The notes under the pieces: model-generated
Databases searched by the model: none
What the model saw: the letters and a program-made list of their open reading frames with translations, nothing else
Told to the model about the DNA's origin: nothing
NCBI GenBank assembly: GCA_035270645.1
Contig: DATESP010000144.1
Location: 1 to 36,883 of the forward strand
Direction: 5' to 3'
Origin: Mobilitalea sp.
Lineage (GTDB): Bacteria > Bacillota > Clostridia > Lachnospirales > Lachnospiraceae
DNA length: 36,883 nt
Shown: positions 27,410 to 36,883 of the stretch, one piece after another
Layout of the letters: every line of letters begins with the position of its first letter
Position numbering within the stretch: the first letter of the stretch is position 1
Made by a program: the position numbers and the translations under genes

Positions 27410-28191
27410 AGAAATTTATTGAGCGGTTCTATATCGGAATCATTATTCTATTCCTATATGCGCCGATTCTAATCTTAATAGCTTTATCCTTTAACAGTTC
27501 AAAGTCGAGATCTAAGTGGGGTGGCTTCACGCTTCATTGGTATAAAGAGCTTTTCCAGAATGAGAATATCATGAGTGCTCTCTATACCACCCTTATCATT
27601 GCCTTGGTATCGGCGTTAGTTGCCACGATACTGGGAACAGCTGCTGCTATAGCTATGAACAGTATGAAAAGAATTCCCCGTACCATATTGATGGGGATAA
27701 CGAATATTCCGATGTTGAACGCAGATATCGTAACAGGTATCTCCCTCATGCTAATCTTCGTTGCCTTAAGATTTACATTAGGTTTCTCCAGCGTATTGAT
27801 GGCACATATAACCTTCAACATACCCTATGTTATTCTAAGCGTTATGCCAAAATTAAAGCAGTTAAATCCCAATACATTTGAGGCTGCTATGGATCTTGGT
27901 GCCACACGAAGCTATGCCTTTTTTAAAGTTATTCTGCCAGATATCTTCCCTGGAGTATTATCCGGGTTCTTCCTAGCATTTACGATGTCATTAGATGACT
28001 TTGTCATTACGCATTTTACAAAAGGCCCTCAAATTAATACCTTATCCACGAAGATTTACACAGAGGTACGAAAGGGTATCAAACCTGAAATCTATGCTCT
28101 ATCTACCTTGATGTTTGTTACGGTTCTGCTCCTGCTGATATTTATTAACCGCAGAGGAGCCGATAAGAAAACACTTAGTAGAAAGATATAA
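27403..28191 (+). CDS. potC: Spermidine/putrescine ABC permease
   Basis: FLYAPI, GFTLHWY, EAAMDLGA, FTMSLDDF. Confidence 0.92.
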   Translation: MVKKFIERFYIGIIILFLYAPILILIALSFNSSKSRSKWGGFTLHWYKELFQNENIMSALYTTLIIALVSALVATILGTAAAIAMNSMKRIPRTILMGITNIPMLNADIVTGISLMLIFVALRFTLGFSSVLMAHITFNIPYVILSVMPKLKQLNPNTFEAAMDLGATRSYAFFKVILPDIFPGVLSGFFLAFTMSLDDFVITHFTKGPQINTLSTKIYTEVRKGIKPEIYALSTLMFVTVLLLLIFINRRGADKKTLSRKI

Positions 28192-28294
28192 AAGCATATG
28201 TATAGCCGATAATAATATACTTAGGAGGATACATTCTCCATAAAAAACTAAATCTAGGGAGAATAAGTCCTCTCCCCAAAAAAGGAGTACTCGA

Positions 28295-29341
28295 ATGAAA
28301 AGAATTATATTAGTTGTAGCTATTGCATTATTTGGTACGACACTTTTAACTGGATGTGGTAGTAAGGGTGAAAAAGTTTATGTCTATAATTGGGGAGAAT
28401 ATATGGACCCCGATGTGAGAGAACAATTTGAGAAAGAAACCGGAATAGAAGTTGTATACGAGGAATTCGAACAGAACGAAGACATGTATCCGAAGATAGA
28501 ATCCGGTGCTGTACGTTATGATGTAGTCTGCCCCTCTGATTATATGGTACAAAAAATGATTGACGAGGATCTCCTGGCGGAGATAAATTTTGATAATGTG
28601 CCCAATCTTAAAAACATTGATCCGGCTTACTTAAAAAGTTCCGAAAGTTTTGACCCCGGCAACAAATATAGTGTGCCGTATTGTTGGGGTACCGTCGGAA
28701 TCCTATATAACAAAACAAAAATCGATGAACCTATTGACAGCTGGAGTGCTATCTTCGATGAAAAGTATTCCGGTAATATCCTTATGATTGACAGTGTACG
28801 CGATGCCTTTGGTATTGCACTCACTTATCTGGGATATGACTTGAATTCCACGAACGAGGTTGAATTGGATGAAGCAAAAGTCTTGCTGCAAGATCAGTAT
28901 CCCCTAGTACAGGCTTACGTAATTGACCAGGTAAGGGATAAAATGATCAGCGGAGAAGCTGCTATTGGTGTAATATACTCGGGTGAAGCTATCTATACCG
29001 CTAGGGAAAACTCTGATCTAGAGTATGTAATCCCGAAGGAAGGTTCCAATGTATGGATTGATGCCTGGGTTATTCCAAAAAACTGTCGTAACCAAAAGAA
29101 TGCAGAAGCCTTTATCAACTTCATGTGTGATCCAGAAATCGCGTTGAAGAATTTTGAATACATCACCTACTCCACTCCAAATTCTGCTGCTAGAAAAATG
29201 ATTGAAGATGAGGACATCAAAAACAGCCCAGTCGCATTCCCTGAGCAATCAGTTTTGGATCGTTGCACCACATTCCGCTATCTAGGAGAAGATATGGAAT
29301 CCTTATATATCGATAAATGGAATGAAGTTAAGAGCGAATAA
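28295..29341 (+). CDS. potD: Spermidine/putrescine-binding lipoprotein
   Basis: Lipobox LTGC, VYNWGEY, PSDYM, PYCWGTVGI, YSGEA, PKEGSNVWID. Confidence 0.93.
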   Translation: MKRIILVVAIALFGTTLLTGCGSKGEKVYVYNWGEYMDPDVREQFEKETGIEVVYEEFEQNEDMYPKIESGAVRYDVVCPSDYMVQKMIDEDLLAEINFDNVPNLKNIDPAYLKSSESFDPGNKYSVPYCWGTVGILYNKTKIDEPIDSWSAIFDEKYSGNILMIDSVRDAFGIALTYLGYDLNSTNEVELDEAKVLLQDQYPLVQAYVIDQVRDKMISGEAAIGVIYSGEAIYTARENSDLEYVIPKEGSNVWIDAWVIPKNCRNQKNAEAFINFMCDPEIALKNFEYITYSTPNSAARKMIEDEDIKNSPVAFPEQSVLDRCTTFRYLGEDMESLYIDKWNEVKSE

Positions 29342-29358
29342 TAAAAGATACTTATAAA

Positions 29359-29388
29359 AATGTCCGTTACCTTCTGGTAGCGGACATT
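29359..29388. terminator. Terminator between the convergent potD and dehydrogenase genes
   Basis: AATGTCCGTTACC-TTCT-GGTAGCGGACATT stem. Confidence 0.7.
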
Positions 29389-30346
29389 ACTCTTTGACTA
29401 TATTTCTGGCCTCACCATTCTGGAAGGCTATGATATTCTTATATACCTCTTCGGTTACCCTCTGTCTCGCTTCCACTGTCGCCCAGGCAATGTGTGGAGT
29501 TATAATAAGCTTCGTGCTATCCTGTATCTCGATTAAAGGATTGCTTGCTCGCATCGGTTCCTTAGAGAGTACATCCAGTCCTGCTGCAGAGATCCAGTCC
29601 TCCTTCAGAGCCTTTGCTAGTGCCTGTTCATTGACGATCGGTCCCCTCCCAAGATTGAGAAGTATAGCGCTCTTCTTCATCTTGCAAAGCTCCTCCTCAG
29701 CAATCAGATCCCTCGTTGAATCATTTAAGGGAGCATGGATGGATATAACATCTGAAGTAATTAACAAAGTGTCTAAATCAACTTGCTTATAGTCCGTATT
29801 ATGATTCTTACCGGAGGTGGAGTAATAAATTACCCTACAGCCGAAAATCTTTGCTACCTCTGCTACTCCCTTTCCAATGTCTCCAAGACCGATAATACCC
29901 CAGGTTTTCCCTGCCAGTTCATTAAACTTCATGGTAAAATGACTGAAGACATCGGATTTTATATACTCTCCTGACTTAACAAAATGATCATAATAGCTGA
30001 GCTTCTCATATACATAAAAGAATAGTGCAAAAGTATGCTGTACTACGGATCCCGTTGAATAACCTCGTACATTGGCTACCGTAATATTTCGACTATTTGT
30101 ATAGTTAAAATCAATTATATTTGTTCCCGTTCCGGTAAGGCATATTAGCTTAGCCTTTAATGCATTGCCTAGCGTCCTCTGATTCATTGGTACCTTATTG
30201 ACTATGATTACCTCAGCCTCTTCGATGCGCTTTGCATCCTGTTCTGAATCAGAGCAGGAATATTTAATTACCTCTCCAAGTAAATCAAAAGGCGTCAGAT
30301 CAACATCCTGTCCCAAGGTGTCCGTCTCTAAAAATACGATTTTCAT
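29387..30346 (-). CDS. D-2-hydroxyacid dehydrogenase (glycerate dehydrogenase/hydroxypyruvate reductase-like)
   Basis: GIIGLGDIG, SIHAPL, NLGRG, GLDVL..EP, ITPHIAW. Start is 30346 or 30358. Confidence 0.9.
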   Translation of the reverse strand: MKIVFLETDTLGQDVDLTPFDLLGEVIKYSCSDSEQDAKRIEEAEVIIVNKVPMNQRTLGNALKAKLICLTGTGTNIIDFNYTNSRNITVANVRGYSTGSVVQHTFALFFYVYEKLSYYDHFVKSGEYIKSDVFSHFTMKFNELAGKTWGIIGLGDIGKGVAEVAKIFGCRVIYYSTSGKNHNTDYKQVDLDTLLITSDVISIHAPLNDSTRDLIAEEELCKMKKSAILLNLGRGPIVNEQALAKALKEDWISAAGLDVLSKEPMRASNPLIEIQDSTKLIITPHIAWATVEARQRVTEEVYKNIIAFQNGEARNIVKE

Positions 30347-30431
30347 GCTAACAATCATACCTCCACTTTGAATTAGTGTGTGTCAGATGTGTTCTTCCCA
30401 AGAAATCAGCTGAGTTGAGTCTTAAATAATA

Positions 30432-31436
30432 TTATCTAATTCTTTCAGGAAACCCAACCTTCTTCTGCACCTTACGAAGAGTCTTGTTCGCATAATAAGC
30501 AGCCTTCTCGCCATTTTTCTTTATTATGCTATCAATGTATGCCTTATCCTTACTTAAATCTGTAAATCTCTCCTGAATGGGCTTCAGCATATTTACAACT
30601 GCTTCTCCGACTGCCAGTTTAAAATCTCCGTAGCCTGAAGAGGCAAATTCTATCTCGACCTCAGAAGCTGTCTTACCAGTTACCGCACCATAGATATCAA
30701 TCAGATTGCTAATACCTGGCTTATCCTCTGCATATCTTACTTCATTATCAGAATCAGTAACAGCCCTCTTGAATTTGCGAATAATCGTATCCGTATCATC
30801 CATCAGATAAATGCTCGCACTGGTATTCTCATCTGACTTGGACATCTTCTTCTCTGGCTCCTGCAAGCTCATGATTCTTGCTCCGGTCTTTCCGATATAC
30901 GGCTCTGGGATAGTGAATACGTTTCCATATATCCCATTGAAACGTTCTGCGATATCTCTGGTAATCTCAAGGTGTTGCTTCTGATCAGAACCTACCGGAA
31001 CTACATCGGATTGAAATAAAAGAATATCTGCTGCCATCAAAACAGGGTAGGTATATAGTCCGGCATTGATGTTATCGGTATGCTTTGCTGCTTTATCCTT
31101 AAACTGGGTCATACGGTTTAACTCGCCCATATAGGTAAAGCAGTTTAATATCCAGGCAAGCTCTGCATGAGCAGATACATGTGACTGGTAATAAATACAG
31201 TTTTTATCAGGGTCAAGTCCTGCTGCAATATAAAGTGTAAGCAGTGCCCTGGCTTTCTTTCTGAGTTCAGCCGGATCCTGTCTGATTGTAATAGAATGTA
31301 GGTCAACAACACAATAAAAGCTCTCATACTCCTCATATAAATCAACCCAATTCTTTAACGCTCCAAGATAATTTCCTAGATGAAGGGTTCCTGTCGACTG
31401 CATTCCGCTGAATAATGATTTTTTTCCATCTAACAT
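30432..31436 (-). CDS. trpS: Tryptophan--tRNA ligase
   Basis: HLGN, YPVLMAADIL, VPVGSDQKQHLE, KKMSKS. Confidence 0.97.
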   Translation of the reverse strand: MLDGKKSLFSGMQSTGTLHLGNYLGALKNWVDLYEEYESFYCVVDLHSITIRQDPAELRKKARALLTLYIAAGLDPDKNCIYYQSHVSAHAELAWILNCFTYMGELNRMTQFKDKAAKHTDNINAGLYTYPVLMAADILLFQSDVVPVGSDQKQHLEITRDIAERFNGIYGNVFTIPEPYIGKTGARIMSLQEPEKKMSKSDENTSASIYLMDDTDTIIRKFKRAVTDSDNEVRYAEDKPGISNLIDIYGAVTGKTASEVEIEFASSGYGDFKLAVGEAVVNMLKPIQERFTDLSKDKAYIDSIIKKNGEKAAYYANKTLRKVQKKVGFPERIR

Positions 31437-31511
31437 ATTGTCACTTCCTATTTTTTATTGTTTATTCCTATTATAAATTATTTCTAACAACATACCTATA
31501 CGTGTAAATAA

Positions 31512-31719
31512 AATACATCCTTTTTGACACTGTAACAGTTACTGTTCACTCGTACCTCGTTCACAGCAACAATTATGCACACAAAGTGCAAAAAGAGCAC
31601 TTTGGCGCATGAAGTTCTCGGGTTTTACTTGCGTAAAACACCTCGCGCTGACTAACGAGTGAACAGTAACCTGTAACACTCAAATCCACTTCGTGATTCT
31701 CGGCGTTCTGAATAGTTAC
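31512..31719. mobile_element. Decayed, truncated subtype A element interrupted by a subtype B element
   Basis: Removing the insert and one TSD gives AATACATCCTTTTTGACACTGTAACACTCAAATCCACTTCGTGATTCTCGGCGTTCTGAATAGTTAC, which aligns to 10915-10982. Confidence 0.8.
31538..31670. mobile_element. 133-bp MITE-like element, subtype B
   Basis: Perfect 16-bp TIR GTTACTGTTCACTCGT; perfect 8-bp TSD CTGTAACA (31530-31537 and 31671-31678). Confidence 0.9.
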
Positions 31720-31751
31720 AATAATTCATTTTATAATTATTTGTTTCTTAC

Positions 31752-31780
31752 AATATATAAATAATGAAATCAAATGTCAA
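31752..31780 (-). promoter_or_regulatory. Probable SigA promoter of trpS
   Basis: TTGACA-17-TATATT. Confidence 0.6.
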
Positions 31781-31868
31781 TGCTTCCTTGCTAATTGTAT
31801 AACTTTAATAATTGCAGTTCAACCCTCCATGATATTGAAATAAACTTGGTTAAGGCTGAATTTTAACC

Positions 31869-32495
31869 TTAAAATATGTTAATCAATTCCCCGAAAGAAT
31901 CCACCACCATATCGTATTCCTTAACATCTCCGAAGCCATACCGTGCGTATACAAATGGCACTCCAGCTGCTTTTGCTGCATTTGCATCACCCTGGGTGTC
32001 ACCGACATAGATTGGATTATTAAGCTGATTTCGCTCCACTACTAGCTTGATGTTATCTGCCTTATGCTTACCTGTCCTTCCTGGACACTCATAATCAGAA
32101 AAATACTGCTCCAATGAAGGATTGGCTTTAAAAAAGGTTTCAATATATCCAGCCTGGCAATTACTAACGATAAAAAGCTTATATTTCTGGTGTAGCTCTT
32201 TTAGTGTATCCTCAAGACCATCATATAGTGTCCCACCAGTGATAGCCAGGTATTCATTTTCATAATCACAGCAGTCCTTAATAACCTGCAGAGCCTTCTC
32301 ACGTGAAACGCTCTGAAATAACCTGATTCCTATCTCATCTAACAATAGTCCAAATAAACCCTTAAGCTTCTCGGCTGTAACAGTATCCGTAACCTCTGGG
32401 TATTTCTCCTTTAAAACTATATTATAAGCAGTCGTAACACCCTGTGTAGAATCCCACAGTGTTCCGTCTAAATCAAAAATAATACTATCATGCAT
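31869..32495 (-). CDS. HAD-superfamily hydrolase (phosphoglycolate phosphatase-like)
   Basis: FDLDGTLWDS, IVSN, YVGDT..D. Confidence 0.9.
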   Translation of the reverse strand: MHDSIIFDLDGTLWDSTQGVTTAYNIVLKEKYPEVTDTVTAEKLKGLFGLLLDEIGIRLFQSVSREKALQVIKDCCDYENEYLAITGGTLYDGLEDTLKELHQKYKLFIVSNCQAGYIETFFKANPSLEQYFSDYECPGRTGKHKADNIKLVVERNQLNNPIYVGDTQGDANAAKAAGVPFVYARYGFGDVKEYDMVVDSFGELINIF

Positions 32496-32669
32496 GTCTT
32501 ATCAGTCCTTATCTTCATATTAAATTGTCCTCAGTCTCCTCAGCATACACTGAAGCATATCAGTCTCTTAACCAATCCACCTCAGACTACTCACTGTATA
32601 TAATGACGAATTATAATGTTTTTGTCAAGTTCAGTTGGATAAATACAGTCAAAACAGGACAATTTCGCT

Positions 32670-32745
32670 TGAAAATAAAAGCAATTTTCATACGTTGAAT
32701 TTAGGCCTGCGAGCAAGTCGCAGGCATGGACGCTAGTGTGTAAGA
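32670..32745. repeat. Family E repeat, copy 2 (block order permuted)
   Basis: TGAAAATAAAAGCAATTTTCATACG..AATTTAGGCCTGC-GAGCAAGTC-GCAGGCATG; similar to 730-803. Confidence 0.65.
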
Positions 32746-32866
32746 ATTTATTTATAATTTAGTCATGACTGAGTAAGATTACATAGTTATACTGTTTATA
32801 TACCCCGAACAATTAGACTCTCTCGAAGAATATTTCTAATTGTTATAACAGAAAGGACATTACTCT

Positions 32867-35176
32867 ATGTGGATTAAGAAATTAAAAAAGAAGAAGCTAC
32901 AATTCATTGTACTGGGATTTATATTAGCCTTTGCAGCCATGATTCTATCAACCTGTATCAGCTTTAGCAAAGAGGTAACACGTTATACTGATAATCAATA
33001 CGACGATCCAGGTAATGCCGATCTATTGCTCTATGCAACGAAAGGAACCAGTAGCCTAATTAATGAGGCATCAAAAGAGAGAGATGATATAGCTTCCTTA
33101 GTAACTTATGATTGCTATTCTATCACTTCCCTTGAGCTTTATCATCAGGGCACTAAGGTACAAGATTACATTCATCCGTTATACGCTATTATTATATCAG
33201 ACTATAGCGATATGCCCTTTAAGCTTACCCCAGTTGATGGTGATTTTAGTAGTCCCTGTCCCGCTCCTGGGCAGGTATGGGTGCAAAATATAGTTGCTGA
33301 CAATCACAATATCTATGTAGATGACAAATTTGATTTTAATAGCCAAATCACAAAATCGCTTACAGTATCCACTCTTGTAAATGATACCCGAAAGCCTGTA
33401 TCTATGACAAATGGTTCCGCAATATTTATCAACGAAGATGATGCCCATTTGTTTACGAGTCAGGAAGCTATTGATTTAATTTGTATCTCAACTGATTCTA
33501 ATACCAAAGATATTCTTGATTGGATTGAAGATATCTCTACTGATGAATATCATGTGGATAGCTATGAAACATTACCAGAAATGAAGTCAAAAGCTACCCT
33601 AATGACTTCCTTGATTTCCAGCCTAGGAACCTTGTCCTCCATATTTATGCTAATCATTACTATTGTAATCATCCTATTCTTCATAAGGAATACGATTCTA
33701 AATGAATTTAGTGCCATCGGGACCTATAAGTCGGTGGGCTTTACGACTTCAGAAATCATGGGTTTTTATCAGAAAGCCTATGCTTTCGTAGGAATTATTT
33801 CAATTATCATCGGATCACTTTTAGGCTTACCTATGTCAGTCTTTATTGGAAGAATTATAATGGAATATATAGGTAAATACGACTTGAGCAACGCCTCGAT
33901 CTACTCAACCCTGTCTATAATTATTATTACATCCTTGCTGCTTCTATTTAGTGTTTGGCTTGCGCTTATAAGAATTCGAAAAATCAGTCCTATTGATGCC
34001 TTTCGTGTAGGTGCCTCGTCTTCTAAGGCAAAGCTTAAAAAGTCGCTGATAAAAAACGCTCACTCTTCATTTAACATGGCAACCAATGACATATTTAAGT
34101 ATAAAAGTCGTTCTGCTATTATTGTACTTATCGTAAGCATATCCTTTTATATCGCCATAATGCTTATCAATATGTGCATTTCCTTCAGCCGGATGGAAAG
34201 TAATGCCCCAGGATGGGTTGCATTACCTGCCTGTGATAGCTTCATATCCAAGAAAGATTACGCGATACCAGATGAATTAATTGATTATGTAGAAACCAGT
34301 CCATTTGTTGATAGCTATATTACCGGTGATCTATATTCCACCTTAAATGTACTTTACGAAGGTGATGATATTAACTTGAAATATGCTATTATAACTAATT
34401 TTAACACCTTCGAATATAGCCACACCGGGATAAGCTATCAACAAGGTCGCCCACCGGAAAATGAAGATGAAGTAGCCATAGATTCACACTCCTTAAAAGA
34501 CAGCGAATACGATATAGGTGATAATATTTCCTTATTGATTAATGGAAAGAAAAAGAACCTAATGATCTCAGGAATTTATGATACTATGATGTTCCCATCA
34601 TTAAGTTTTGTATCCTCAGCATTTTCAGAGGTACCTCGTGAATTATATTATAATAGAATCGGAGTAAACCTAAAAAATCCCGATGATTTAGAAGTCTTTA
34701 GAGCCGAAACAAAGGAGTTATTTCCTGATTATACCTTTGAAACCATGCTTGACTTTGTTGATGACGTAAAGGTTTCAATTATGTCAATAATGATTCCTGT
34801 AACCGTAATAATTATCGTAATTTTCTTTGCATTTGCACTACTTAATATTATTAATATGATTATTATGAACAACAATGAACAACAGCGTAATTTTGGTATT
34901 ATGAAAGCTTACGGATTTACAAATGGATATATTATAAGACGAAATGTTTATAAAATATCCATACTAGCTGCTCTAGGCTTAATAATCGCCGCAACCGTGG
35001 ATCTATTAATATCCAGTCGTATCTTTTATTCCGTCCTAGGTGTTGCCGCCTATAGAACAGAGCCACTAGAAACTACAATACTGTTAGTGAGCGGATTCGG
35101 AATCATCATAGCTACGACCATACTGCTCAGCTTATCCATCAAGAGAATTTCACCTAAAAAGCTTATGGAAGAATAG
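32867..35176 (+). CDS. ABC exporter permease with two FtsX-like domains
   Basis: AIGTYKSVGF and NFGIMKAYGF motifs, many TM segments; same architecture as 14953-17319. Confidence 0.9.
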   Translation: MWIKKLKKKKLQFIVLGFILAFAAMILSTCISFSKEVTRYTDNQYDDPGNADLLLYATKGTSSLINEASKERDDIASLVTYDCYSITSLELYHQGTKVQDYIHPLYAIIISDYSDMPFKLTPVDGDFSSPCPAPGQVWVQNIVADNHNIYVDDKFDFNSQITKSLTVSTLVNDTRKPVSMTNGSAIFINEDDAHLFTSQEAIDLICISTDSNTKDILDWIEDISTDEYHVDSYETLPEMKSKATLMTSLISSLGTLSSIFMLIITIVIILFFIRNTILNEFSAIGTYKSVGFTTSEIMGFYQKAYAFVGIISIIIGSLLGLPMSVFIGRIIMEYIGKYDLSNASIYSTLSIIIITSLLLLFSVWLALIRIRKISPIDAFRVGASSSKAKLKKSLIKNAHSSFNMATNDIFKYKSRSAIIVLIVSISFYIAIMLINMCISFSRMESNAPGWVALPACDSFISKKDYAIPDELIDYVETSPFVDSYITGDLYSTLNVLYEGDDINLKYAIITNFNTFEYSHTGISYQQGRPPENEDEVAIDSHSLKDSEYDIGDNISLLINGKKKNLMISGIYDTMMFPSLSFVSSAFSEVPRELYYNRIGVNLKNPDDLEVFRAETKELFPDYTFETMLDFVDDVKVSIMSIMIPVTVIIIVIFFAFALLNIINMIIMNNNEQQRNFGIMKAYGFTNGYIIRRNVYKISILAALGLIIAATVDLLISSRIFYSVLGVAAYRTEPLETTILLVSGFGIIIATTILLSLSIKRISPKKLMEE

Positions 35177-35220
35177 GCCAAAAGATTAAGAAGGTACTGA
35201 ATAGTTATGAAAGACATATT

Positions 35221-35353
35221 GTAACTATTCAGTACCCCCGAGAATCACGCAGTGGATTCGAGTGAGTCAGCGCCAAAATGGATGGGTTTTATCCATTTTG
35301 TGTGCATAGGCATCGTAAGATGCCATGTAACTGCGAAGGCACTGAACAGTTAC
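35221..35353. mobile_element. 133-bp MITE-like element, subtype A, copy 2
   Basis: TIRs GTAACTATTCAGT/ACTGAACAGTTAC; perfect 8-bp TSD GACATATT (35213-35220 and 35354-35361). Confidence 0.92.
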
Positions 35354-35409
35354 GACATATTAATCATAAATCAGCTTATACCGCTACTGGCGGAGAAATG
35401 GAGTATCTA

Positions 35410-36165
35410 GTGAAAAATACAATAATAGAAGCAAAAAAATTATGTAAGACTTATGTGCTTGGCAAGACCGGACTTAATGTACTGAAAAATATTGATTTAG
35501 AAATATATGAAGGCGATTTCACTGTAATCATGGGTAGCAGCGGAGGCGGAAAATCAACGCTCTTATACTCCATCAGCTCGATGGATAAACCCACCAGTGG
35601 TACTGTCAATATTCTGGGACATGATACCTCAGTGATGACTGAAAAGCAACTAAGTAAGCTTAGAAAAACTGAGGTTTCCTTTGTATTTCAAAGTATGAAT
35701 TTGCTTCATGATTTGACTGCCTTTGAGAATATCGCCTATATAGGCTACGGAACTGATACCAAAGAAAATGTTAACAAGAAAGCCCTTGCACTTCTAGAAA
35801 AGTTCGGACTTAGTGAAGAGAAGGATAAATACCCCAGTGAAATGTCTGGTGGTCAACAACAGCGTGTAGCCATATGTAGAGCTTTAATTGGGAATGCCAA
35901 GGTGATATTTGGTGACGAGCCTACCGGCTCACTAAACTCCTCAAATGGAAGGCAAGTACTGGATAGCTTGACTAGTCTAAACAGTGAAGGCCAATCCATC
36001 GTGATGGTGACACATGACTTAAAGGCCGCTACCCGTGCTAGTAGATTATTGTATATGGCAGATGGACGTATCTATGCTGAGCTTAATCTTGGAACCTATT
36101 CCAGTGAAAAAGAAAGTGAGCGTAAGGCTATCGTATTCGATTTCTTAAAGGAACAGGGCTGGTAA
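35410..36165 (+). CDS. ABC exporter ATP-binding protein (LolD/MacB-like)
   Basis: GSSGGGKST, MSGGQQQR, FGDEPTG. Likely start GTG 35410 (or ATG 35398); the ORF-track extension starts inside the MITE. Confidence 0.9.
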   Translation: MKNTIIEAKKLCKTYVLGKTGLNVLKNIDLEIYEGDFTVIMGSSGGGKSTLLYSISSMDKPTSGTVNILGHDTSVMTEKQLSKLRKTEVSFVFQSMNLLHDLTAFENIAYIGYGTDTKENVNKKALALLEKFGLSEEKDKYPSEMSGGQQQRVAICRALIGNAKVIFGDEPTGSLNSSNGRQVLDSLTSLNSEGQSIVMVTHDLKAATRASRLLYMADGRIYAELNLGTYSSEKESERKAIVFDFLKEQGW

Positions 36166-36166
36166 A

Positions 36167-36883
36167 TTATATTGGAATAGAAAATTGTAATGCAGTCCCC
36201 TGATCTAGTATGCTATCACATTCAATTCTGCCACCATGTTGCTCTACTATATATTTAGATATACTAAGACCCAAGCCGGAGCCCTGTACATTCAGGGTTC
36301 TGGCTTTTTCACCTCGATAGAACTCATTGAATACCATAGGAATATCTATAGCGGCGATACCTATTCCTGTATCTCTTACGGTAATCAGCATATAATTATT
36401 ATCTACCCGATAATCAACATTGATCTCACCTGACTCGGTAAATTTCATGGCATTTCCAAGAAGATTCTGCATTACCTGCCGGATTCGTTTCTCATCTATA
36501 TTGATGATTACCTCGGGTATCTGACTATAAGAAAATGCAAGACCCTTTTTCTCAATATCCTGTTTCGCCTCTATCATCATATCTTCAAAATATTTTTTCG
36601 AATAGCATTCCTGTCTTCTAATCTCAAATTCATGCAACCTAGCTTTGGAATGCTCTAAAATATCATCAATGAGAGAATTCAGCATATGAATCTTCTTAAG
36701 AATAATTCCAGTGTACTCTTGTACTCTATCTCCCGTCACTATATTAGCATGGATACCTTCTACATATCCGGATATCGAAGCTATTGGTGTTCGAAGATCA
36801 TGAGAAATATAAGCCAAAAGAAGCTTTTCTTTTTCTCTTAATATCTTTTCCTTCTCAGTTGTAAATTTAAGTTCCGAACGAAG
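36167..36883 (-). CDS. Sensor histidine kinase (5' part outside window)
   Basis: Frame is open to the window end; YISHDLRTP, NLLGNAMKF, DTGIG, GSGLGL. Confidence 0.92.
   Translation of the reverse strand, partial: LRSELKFTTEKEKILREKEKLLLAYISHDLRTPIASISGYVEGIHANIVTGDRVQEYTGIILKKIHMLNSLIDDILEHSKARLHEFEIRRQECYSKKYFEDMMIEAKQDIEKKGLAFSYSQIPEVIINIDEKRIRQVMQNLLGNAMKFTESGEINVDYRVDNNYMLITVRDTGIGIAAIDIPMVFNEFYRGEKARTLNVQGSGLGLSISKYIVEQHGGRIECDSILDQGTALQFSIPI

Noticed and set aside
31437-31750. T-box riboswitch upstream of trpS
   Set aside because: No GGTGGNACC antiterminator bulge or terminator seen; the structure is explained by the nested elements.
35278-35397. N-terminal extension of the ABC ATPase in the ORF track
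   Set aside because: It begins inside the MITE; RBS-supported starts are at 35398 and 35410.
1280-36433. Many short antisense or alternate-frame ORFs in the track
   Set aside because: They are shadows of well-supported genes and have no motifs of their own.

Overview
Low-GC Clostridia chromosomal DNA; gene content and repeats suggest Lachnospiraceae (inference). It is mostly housekeeping and accessory metabolism: rex (partial), an ABC-F ATPase, a Re-citrate synthase/isocitrate dehydrogenase/GntR operon, rplY, a ttcA-like/tcdA/HD/DUF554 cluster, divergent rubredoxin and ferredoxin, two paralogous FtsX-type ABC exporter/two-component modules, an orphan xylA, an S8 protease, AraC plus an MBL-fold lipoprotein, two convergent small proteins (one Cys/Gly-rich), aroC, XRE-cupin plus potABCD, a D-2-hydroxyacid dehydrogenase, trpS and a HAD hydrolase. 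I see no transposase, phage gene, rRNA, tRNA or CRISPR array. The most unusual signal is intergenic. A family of 117-133 bp non-autonomous elements has GT(A/T)ACT(A/G)TTCA terminal inverted repeats and 8-bp target-site duplications. One copy is nested inside a decayed copy in the trpS leader, and the two subtypes keep the same hairpin architecture with different stem sequences. Three more small palindromic repeat families occur; one resembles IS3-family ends and brackets a whole ABC/two-component cassette.
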